DNA of 64,000 bases from Amoeboaphelidium occidentale (taxonomy: Eukaryota): the NCBI GenBank assembly GCA_023515795.1, contig JALGPX010000045.1:1-64000 (forward strand). Reading direction: 5' to 3'. The position numbers and the translations under genes were made by a program. Below, piece by piece: positions 12,002 to 21,000 of the stretch (position 1 is its first letter; every line of letters begins with the position of its first letter). Under the pieces are notes generated by a model that was given only the letters and a program-made list of their open reading frames with translations, was not told where the DNA came from and did no database searches.

Positions 12002-12940
12002 ATGACTGATCAGAGAAAGATTACTACTGATCCTTACGCACTCCAAGATCCTGCGGTATCAAGCTTATCACAGCGTTCTACTAGTCCTGCTGTTGATGAT
12101 CAAAGTAAGAGAGAATTGAGACTATCCCATGTTGGAAGGTGGATCACACAATTTGCTCAAGGAGAACCATCAGCTCAAGATATTGATATCGATCCAAGAA
12201 CAGAGGCACCTAAACAAGAAATTCCACTGGAACATCTCCTCAAGAATAATGTTAAGTGGGCTAAGCGTATGACGACTATTGATCCTGAATTCTTCACAAG
12301 ACTGGCGCAACAGCAGCGACCTCAGATTCTTTGGATCGGTTGCAGCGATTCTAGAGTTCCAGCGAACCAGATCATTGATTTAGCTCCAGGAGAGATCTTT
12401 GTTCATAGAAATCTGGCAAATGTGATATATCATTGTGATTTTAACTCTCATTCTGTGATACAATATGCTGTGGATGTCTTGAAGGTGCAGCACGTGATAG
12501 TCTGTGGACACTATGGTTGTGGTGCTATAGCAGCTTCAGCTGTCTCAAAGCAAATGGGCATAATCGATAATTGGGTAAGAAACATACGTGATGTCTATTC
12601 GAAGCATTTTGATCAGTTACAGCAGTGTAAAGCATCAAATCCCAACGGCCCAGATTCTCCAGAAGCTCATCAGGTACTACTTTCGTTATAGGCTAACCGT
12701 TTCAAGGCAATGCTGGATCTGCTGTGTGAACTAAATGTTGCTAATTCTGTCTCAAATATCTGTGCCACGACAATTATTCAGAATGCGTGGGATAGAGGCC
12801 AGAAGCTTAGTGTTCATGGTTGGTGTTACAGACTTACAGATGGACTGATAAGAGACTTGAATATCTGCTTCTCTGGTTTAAACGATTTGAAGTCTCCCAT
12901 ATTCAGTATGATCGAAACAAAAGTAACACCAGAAGCTTAA
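12002..12940 (+). CDS. NCE103: Beta-class carbonic anhydrase
   Basis: WIGCSDSRVP, FVHRNLAN, VCGHYGCGA zinc ligands, ELNV, VHGWCY; 33-nt intron 12674-12706 with GCTAAC branch. Confidence 0.95.
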
Positions 12941-13190
12941 TAGGTCGCAAAATTTGGTACGAGAGCTTCCGTCTGAATAGTGTAGTGATTTCTTTGAGCG
13001 GGGTCGAACCACACGAAATAGACTTCAGCCGATCACCTGAAACTTGTAGTTTGCTTTGCATTGTACAGCCATGGAGACCCACTGAATGCCTTACAGAACG
13101 GATCATCGAATCAGACAAATGCACTGAAGCCAATCCGGATCCTAGAAGTTGATCATTCAATGATCATATCTTTGTTTCACGGAAATCTAT

Positions 13191-13859
13191 ATGGATAACG
13201 ACTTTTGGGACATTCTTGATGTGCTAATGGGGCGTGAATGGCAAAATAATTTGCAAGCTGCCTTTGGACCAGAACCTGAGGAAGATATTGAGAACGAGGC
13301 AATTGATTTCATTGTGCGGGGTACACCAAGCACTAATTCAAGATCGCTGAACAGCGTTTCGGGCCCTTCGAACAGCAATGACATCGGATCCAGTAGTACA
13401 AAATCCAGCCTTACCAGTGTCCGAACTCGAAATAGTCTGCTACAAACAGTTGGTAATGCACAATACAAGGAGGCCTATTATCGTGAAAGGGCTCTTAGGA
13501 TTAAAGCTGAGCAGCGGGCATTGATTGCTGAACAGCGGGCATTGGTTGAAAAACAGCGAGCATTTGCTGCAGAACAGCGAGCATTGGTTGCTGAACAGAA
13601 GAACCAAGAAATGAAGAATGAGTTGACAGAGGCTCGCACCGTGATAAAACGACAACATGGAATACTGCAGCAATACGAGACCCTAGCAAAAGATATGTTG
13701 TTACATGGGAAATACAACTCGACAGGAGGTTTACCAGCTAGAAGATCAGATCAAGCTTTTGATGCTATTCGTCTGCCGCGTTCTAGTGGACTATTGGAAT
13801 CCAGCAAGAATGCTGAGCGCTTTTTGGAAGGCCGTTTAAATGGGATTTTTGGTCATTAA
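13191..13859 (+). CDS. Orphan coiled-coil protein with AEQRAL heptad repeats (copy 1)
   Basis: 222-aa ATG ORF; 21-nt tandem repeats at 13506-13598; no recognised family. Confidence 0.6.
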   Translation: MDNDFWDILDVLMGREWQNNLQAAFGPEPEEDIENEAIDFIVRGTPSTNSRSLNSVSGPSNSNDIGSSSTKSSLTSVRTRNSLLQTVGNAQYKEAYYRERALRIKAEQRALIAEQRALVEKQRAFAAEQRALVAEQKNQEMKNELTEARTVIKRQHGILQQYETLAKDMLLHGKYNSTGGLPARRSDQAFDAIRLPRSSGLLESSKNAERFLEGRLNGIFGH

Positions 13860-13961
13860 TTGTGGGCTTCAAACGAGAATCGAAATAAAGGTTTAGCTAC
13901 ATCTACTTTTATTCTCTGATGGTATCAACAACAACATGGAAAGTGTCAGCTCTTTCGGTTG

Positions 13962-14282
13962 CAGCAATGTAAAGCATCAAATCCCAACGGCCCAGATTCT
14001 CCAGAAGCTCATCAGGTAATACTTTCGTTATAGGCTAACCGTTTCAAGGCAATGCTGGATCTGCTGTGTGAACTAAATGTTGCTAATTCTGTCTCAAATA
14101 TCTGTGCCACGACAATTATTCAGAATGCGTGGGATAGAGGCCAGAAGCTTAGTGTTCATGGTTGGTGTTACAGACTTACAGATGGACTGATAAGAGACTT
14201 GAATATCTGCTTCTCTGGTTTAAACGATTTGAAGTCTCCCATATTCAGTATGATCGAAACAAAAGTAACACCAGAAGCTTAA
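13962..14282 (+). pseudogene. 5'-truncated duplicate of the carbonic anhydrase 3' end (intron retained)
   Basis: Near-identical to 12620-12940 but lacks all zinc-ligand motifs. Confidence 0.8.
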
Positions 14283-14532
14283 TAGGTCGCAAAATTTGGT
14301 ACGAGAGCTTCCGTCTGAATAGTGTAGTGATTTCTTTGAGCGGGGTCGAACCACACGAAATAGACTTCAGCCGATCACCTGAAACTTGTAGTTTGCTTTG
14401 CATTGTACAGCCATGGAGACCCACTGAATGCCTTACAGAACGGATCATCGAATCAGACAAATGCACTGAAGCCAATCCGGATCCTAGAAGTTGATCATTC
14501 AATGATCATATCTTTGTTTCACGGAAATCTTT

Positions 14533-15138
14533 ACGGATAACGACTTTTGGGACATTCTTGATGTGCTAATGGGGCGTGAATGGCAAAATAATTTGCAAGC
14601 TGCCGTTGGACCAGAACCTGAGGAAGATATTGAGAACGAGGCAATTGATTTCATTGTGCGTGGTACACCAAGCACTAATTCAAGATCGCTGAACAGCGTT
14701 TCGGGCCCTTCGAACAGCAATGACATCGGATCCAGTAGTACAAAATCCAGCCTTACCAGTGTCCGAACTCGAAATAGTCTGCTACAAACAGTTGGTAATG
14801 CACAATACAAGGAGGCCTATTATCGTGAAAGGGCTCTTAGGATTAAAGCTGAGCAGCGGGCATTGATTGCTGAACAGAAGAACCAAGAAATGAAGAATGA
14901 GTTGACAGAGGCTCGCACCGTGATAAAACGACAACATGGAATACTGCAGCAATACGAGACCCTAGCAAAAGATATGTTGTTACATGGGAAATACAACTCG
15001 ACAGGAGGTTTACCAGCTAGAAGATCAGATCAAGCTTTTGATGCTATTCGTCTGCCGCGTTCTAGTGGACTATTGGAATCCAGCAAGAATGCTGAGCGCT
15101 TTTTGGAAGGCCGTTTAAATGGGATTTTTGGTCATTAA
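14533..15138 (+). CDS. Orphan coiled-coil protein copy 2 (start ATG changed to ACG; three heptads fewer)
   Basis: ACG at 14533 replaces the copy 1 ATG; next ATG at 14569; in-frame 63-nt loss of repeats. Confidence 0.5.
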   Translation, partial: TDNDFWDILDVLMGREWQNNLQAAVGPEPEEDIENEAIDFIVRGTPSTNSRSLNSVSGPSNSNDIGSSSTKSSLTSVRTRNSLLQTVGNAQYKEAYYRERALRIKAEQRALIAEQKNQEMKNELTEARTVIKRQHGILQQYETLAKDMLLHGKYNSTGGLPARRSDQAFDAIRLPRSSGLLESSKNAERFLEGRLNGIFGH

Positions 15139-15235
15139 TTGTGGGCTTCAAACGAGAATCGAAATAAAGGTTTAGCTACATCTAATCTTACTTTGGCTCT
15201 ATCTGCATCCGTCCGGAAAGTCGTAGCTATTTCAT

Positions 15236-15348
15236 TTGCTGCAGCGTACAACATCAAATCCAAACGGCCCAGATTCCCCAGAAGCACATCAGGCAATGAT
15301 TTACTAGTTCATCTTCAGTATGATCGAAACAAAAGTAACACCAGAAGC
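15236..15348 (+). pseudogene. Degenerate intron-less carbonic anhydrase fragment
   Basis: CATCAAATCCAAACGGCCCAGATTCCCCAGAAGCACATCAG|GCAATG followed by TTCAGTATGATCGAAACAAAAGTAACACCAGAAGC. Confidence 0.8.
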
Positions 15349-15470
15349 GTGATGGTCGCAAAATTTGGTATGGTAGCTTCTATGTGAATCTTGAGGTGAT
15401 TTATTTGAATAGGTTCGAACCATACGAAATAAACTTCCGATGATCACGTGAAACTCATCGTTTGCTTCGG

Positions 15471-16115
15471 ATGACTGATTCAAAAGCACCAACAGAGCAT
15501 CATTGCTTCCACTGTTTTGACGCCCTGGTAACTGAGTTGGGCCATGCTAGAGTATCACGCAAAGATGTACCGTTTGTTAATGCGTCTTATCCTTTGTTCG
15601 TAACGTGGAAGATTGTTGCTGATCACAGAACTGGGCAGATGTTCGATGAGCCAAGGCTGCGAGGTTGCATAGGCAACTTTTCGAAATTAGATTTACATTC
15701 TGGTCTGGCTGAATATGCGATTATTGCTGCTTTGAAAGATGGAAGATTTAGTCCGATTGCAAAGGAGGAATTACAGCATCTGCAATGCACCGTTTCATTA
15801 TTAACAGACTTTGAAACTGCAAATCATCATTTAGACTGGGAAGTTGGAACACACGGAATACGAATTGAATTTTATGATGTAGTGAAACGCGGTAATTCCT
15901 CACATGGTTCTGGCAGGAGGTACAGCGGAACATTTCTACCAGATGTTGCCTTGGAGCAGGGCTGGAACAAGATCGAAACGTTGCAGTATCTTATCAGAAA
16001 GGCTGGATATCATGGCAAGTTAGATGATATCCTAGAAACACTTCGAGTTACTCGATACCAAAGCCGTAAACGCACGGTAACATACACGGAATACTCTGCA
16101 TACAGAAACCTATAG
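15471..16115 (+). CDS. AMMECR1 family protein
   Basis: CFHCFDAL, PLFVTW, RLRGCIGNF, DGRFSPI, DWEVGTHGI, TFLPDVA.EQGW, LIRKAG, TRYQS. Confidence 0.95.
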   Translation: MTDSKAPTEHHCFHCFDALVTELGHARVSRKDVPFVNASYPLFVTWKIVADHRTGQMFDEPRLRGCIGNFSKLDLHSGLAEYAIIAALKDGRFSPIAKEELQHLQCTVSLLTDFETANHHLDWEVGTHGIRIEFYDVVKRGNSSHGSGRRYSGTFLPDVALEQGWNKIETLQYLIRKAGYHGKLDDILETLRVTRYQSRKRTVTYTEYSAYRNL

Positions 16116-16195
16116 GAGATCGAGAAGTATGTAAAATGTTTCTATTTCACGTTTTGAAGCCACAATAAAGATCATTTGAATTTGTTTCAACTCGT

Positions 16196-17864
16196 CTATG
16201 GACATCTTTCGATGGCATGCCAAATGAAGTTACAGAAACGCTTCATGTACTTTTGAGGGGGATTGCATGAGATCCTGTCCTTGCCTCTTAGTAAGCCAAC
16301 AGAATGATACTCTGCCTTCTTTTTCGGTGTGTATGGAGTCATGATATCAATGATTGCAGCGTGCATTTCTCGGCCCTTGATACCGACCAACAAGGAGTAA
16401 TCGATCATTCCATGCGAAGCCAAGAATTCAGCGTCTGCCTTGATGATACGAAAGAAATTATCAGCTTCTGCAGAAGTTTCAAAAGGAATTTGCATTCCCA
16501 TTTCAATGAAATCAAGATCCTTTAGGGGTCCTGGTTTGTTTGAACCTCTTCTGTGTCTCATGATTTGTTCCCAGAGACTTTTCGAAATTCAATTCACTAA
16601 ATTTTACAATATATGCGAGTTTTTATTCGTTCGAGATAATTCCGAGTTCGTTCGTTTATACAAGTCTATCGGGGTAACTGGTGATCTACTCGAGGTAAGT
16701 TGCAGCACCTCTCCTGCCACGGCGACCATAAGTGCTTCCCTTCAAGTCAAAAATGAAGTCTGGTTGAAATTCTTTAGGGAAGAAATTCTTCATGATGTAG
16801 TAGTATTTACTCTTTCCAGATTTCTTGACGCGAAACAGAGCAATATAATCGATCAACAATGAGCTTGGCATAGTTTTCTTGTGCTCAAAGTAAGCAGGCA
16901 TCAACTTTTTACCATTCTTCTTTTCCAAAGTAGATAATGACTTCATGATGTACCTGCGATCATGAGTCCAATACATATCACAACCAGATTTGCCAGCAGG
17001 CGTCTTGCGAAGAGGACCCTTTGAGAATGAAGACTAGAGATAAGAAGAGGCGCGTTCAAAAGTTACTATTGCTGCTCTAAATTCATGATCAGCATCACAT
17101 TCATCACCGCACATTTCTCTGAACATTTCGCGATGAAACAACTTGATTGAAACAGACTTGTTGTCAGTTCTACAAATTAGTTATCAATTCGTAAAAGGAA
17201 ATTTGTACCTTTTTGCTTTAATATATACATCTTCCGATATTGGATCTTCATTGACAGTAATGCTGCTTAGCCAACGAGGAGCTGGTTCAGGATCATACTC
17301 AATATAATGACTTAAGACCAATTGAGCAATGCGACCACAATCAGCAATCTTTTTATCTTCTTGTAAAGTCTGAGAGTCTTCAGAGATCTCAGGCTCAGAG
17401 CATGCATCTATCAGCTCATTGAGGACAACTGAAGAGCGCGTTTCATCAAACTTCGTGTCATTCAGAGTTTCATCTGCCTCGGTGCAAACGTTAAACTTCA
17501 TTTCCTTGCCAAAGACCACACTCTTTTGGCACTCTTCTTGGTGCAACTTTTCAGGAGGAGCCAAAGGAAGATTAAGCGGATTTACACGCAAGTGGCAGCC
17601 AATCTGTTCGTTGATTGCACTCTTTCGGAAGCCAAATCTAAAGAAGCTTGATCTGCGCAAGGAAGGCTCAGGAGGTGGCGCAGCTTCAGGGGTGCCCATG
17701 AGGACATCGTAATCGCTAGATTTCTTCTTATTAGTGAGCTTAAAGACCTTTTCTTTGACGAAACGCACAGTGTTCATTTCACGGTTGAAACCTATTTTTA
17801 GACTGAACCGACACGTCAGCACGTTATGGTCACTCCAAATGGTCTCTTTCTGAATGATTTCCAT
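16196..17864 (-). CDS. Phosphatidylinositol phosphate kinase (PIP5K family), interrupted by an insertion
   Basis: Introns 17208-17170 and 17066-17034 restore GKSGCDMYWTHDRRYIMKS; also DLKGS, LKDLDF, IDYSLLVGI, IIDIMTPY, KKKAE, ISC.PP.KY..RF; frame broken between about 16708 and 16546. Confidence 0.8.
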
Positions 17865-18001
17865 TAGAGCTTTTAGTATCCGCAGAATGCTTTTAATGTC
17901 CGAGAGATGAAACAGTAAAAATTAGCGTATTTCCGTTGATCTGACAAACTCCGAAACGACACCCTGGGCAGGTCGGAATTTACATATTTTCAAAAGGATA
18001 T

Positions 18002-21000
18002 TTATTCTTTTGAACGCGATATGCCATACTCTACGTCAAATCTCTTCAAAAAGTTGAATATTGCAAGTCGAATATCATTTCCGACCAGATCATGATTCTT
18101 TACAACATCCAACACAAGAGAATACAATTGACCAGCATCATTCTTTAGCTTTTTTGAGTCTTTGAAACGACTGTACCCATTCAAGATTTCAACAATTACA
18201 GGTGTCCAATAAATAACAGTCTTGTTTCCTTGTATTTGTTGGTTTGTTGTAGTGGCCCCCAACGAAATTTGTGCTCGCAAAGGTTGTTCAAGGAGACTGA
18301 AGCGTTCTACTATGTCCAATGAGGACTCAAGGATGTCTCTTTCCAAGAAAGCATTATCCTCATCAGATAACACATAATTAGGATCATTATAGACCTGAAA
18401 ATAACTCTTCAACAAACAATAACCAGCACTTGTCTCCTGACGAAGCAAGTTAGGTAGATGCTTCATGAACTTCACTTTATACAGACTTAACCTTAGTTGC
18501 TTATTCCCATTAAACTTCTTTGCAAAGAGGAACGAATTTTTCATAGCGCGAAGTAGTTTTGAGAGATGCTTGAAAGAAATGTTCTTGGTGTATCCAACGT
18601 TTGAACCAGAAGGATTTTGTGGAGTAAGCAAATCCGAAACTGTATGTACAATGATCAAGTGTAGAACGCACTTGATAATGATTCCTTGAAAATCCTTCTT
18701 CAAATTTCTTCGGTTTAGCGATGCTGCAACACTACCGGAAGTAGAACCGGCATCATCCTCGTTGGACGGATGGGTTGCGTTTTCCAGTTCGATGGCGTTA
18801 TCGAATTCTTCTGCGATAGGAGAGCTGGCTGGACTCAGATTAGCCGCGCTACTTCCACTTGCTTTGCGGTAAACTTCATTAATGAAATCCGGTTCAAATA
18901 AAATGCTTGGAGTTGTGTTCTCAAAAATATCTTCAATAGTTTTGCACAGCTTTTTCCAATGAGAGTCTTGCAACTTGTCTATGTTCTTCTGTATAAGGAC
19001 TAGAAGACAATTGCTTCCAATTTTCGCCAAAGTATCATTTTCTATGCAAAGGTTAAATAATCAAAACTAAACTTACCCTGCTGGTTGTTGAAACAGACTT
19101 TGATCAAGTCTAATAAGCCATCTAAAAGCAATCCTTCTAATACACTGAACATATACGTAAAAAGATCAAATAGTTGTCTTAGCGCTTCTATCAGAGTGGT
19201 ATTCAGCCACACCATCATATCTTCCTTGTTTTCAAATTTTCTTTTCTCGCTTCTTGTTAACTTTAGATCGTCAAATAACGGGAATAGAACACCGCGAGCC
19301 AAGACATCCCAGAATTCTTTAGTGAAAGTTTCTCCGTGAGTTTTCAATAAATTAAATAAAAGCTTCAAAGCTTTGGTTCTCACTTCAAGATCGCATGTCA
19401 TCACAATTTCATACAATCCAAAGCACACGGGAAACCAAAACTTCATAATCGGATCACCAATTGACGTTTTCTGTGAGCTTCCGTCTGGTATATTCTGATA
19501 ATCTGCGAGTTCACTCAAACTGCTGTCTAAAGAGTCAGAATTCTTTAGTGGCACTTCAGATATCTCTTCTGCTTCAACTTCTTTAGTAGGATTTGTCTCT
19601 GGGACTTTAGATGGAGCTGAATTCATCTTGACAGAAAGCTTGTCAACTGTAACACGGACTATTTCAACAGACTGCAAACTTATTCTTGCAGAGAGCTTAT
19701 TTCTTGCAAATTCTACCAAACAAGCAACATAGTCAGGAAAGAATGAGAACGTAGCACTGGATCCACCAGCCTGACCAGAAGGCGAGGTACTTATCAATGT
19801 ATAAATCTGGTTCAAGAAGTTTTCATTGGTATGTAAGGCTTTGATGGTATCGAACGACATTGTAACGATAGCATCATTTGGATCCTTTGCCGCTCTGTTC
19901 AGAATCGAGAACAATGTTTTCCAACCACTTTTGATATTTTCATTCTTTGCCATTATAAGTTGATGCACACATCGAAGTACCATATCCTTGATCACATACG
20001 ATGGATTATTCAAAAGAATGTAATCGAAAGGCTTCAAGAAATCTTTTTGAAATTTGAAGTTGCTCAATTCTTCCTTCTCTAGAAACTTAAATGACAACTG
20101 TCTCAAGGAATCCACAGAAAAGAAAGCAACGTGCTGATTGCTATGACAGCCCACTTCATTAAAATGTACTCCAAGGATGCTCCAAATATTCAACCATTCG
20201 ACTCTAATACGATTGTTCATGTTGTAGTAACTGATTTCAACGAGTTTTGTTAGAGAATAAGTGCGAGGAACAGCATTCAAAGGCGACGACGACGTAGACT
20301 GTTGGATTTCTTCCATCGAAACAACGGTTAAACTCTTCACAAAATCAACTATTGCCGTGCCCTTTAACTTAGCAGAGGAAGTAAAAATTCTATCCATCGC
20401 GATCAATAGATTCTGACTTATTTGCTTCAACAAGATTGCATCCGGCGAATTTGGGTTCATGTCTACTTGAGAAGATGATGGTGACTCTGCTGGACTAAAT
20501 GAACCATCATTCGAGCTATTACTTGAATTCACTAATTTCTCAATTGATGAAACACTGCGTAAAACGTCTAACCAAGAATCACCTAGACCATTACCATCTA
20601 CATAACCAACTTCAAACACTGCTTTGACGCACTCCACCTGTTTGACTTTGTATATGAAGTCATTGACGTTAGTTAGAAGCGAGTATTGTTTTGTCAGAGT
20701 CGAAATGAATGCATTCCTTCCAGTTTCCAATTGATCATCCTCTTCGAAAGAGCAACACAAGTGAATGCAACATTTGAATCCGGTTAAACAAAGTTGGCTT
20801 GTCATATGGTCGCCATCAAAAGCTTCCTGTAAAGATGAAGAGACGCCAGCAAGGATAGCCATCCAAACGAGCTGAAACATTGTCCTAACATGCTCCTTGT
20901 GCCTAGCCAAGTGGAAAGTTGTGACTGTGTTACTTGGGCTCGCATTTGATATTTTGGTGTAAACACTCTCTACAGCATTACCATCATTGGTAGGATTATT

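Larger units (their letters stand above)
12620..15465 (+). repeat. Tandem segmental duplication: two near-identical ~1.2-1.3 kb units plus a third degenerate partial unit
   Basis: About 12620-13905 matches about 13962-15184 apart from a few SNPs and a 63-nt indel; 15236-15465 is a diverged copy of the carbonic anhydrase 3' fragment and downstream spacer. Confidence 0.9.

Noticed and set aside
13506..13598. CRISPR-like repeat array
   Set aside because: These are contiguous in-frame coding heptad repeats with no spacers, in a eukaryotic context
12994..15421. tRNA B-box-like GGTTCGA(C/A)CC at about 13000, 14342 and 15412 (also 42337)
   Set aside because: No A-box, acceptor stem or cloverleaf can be built on either strand
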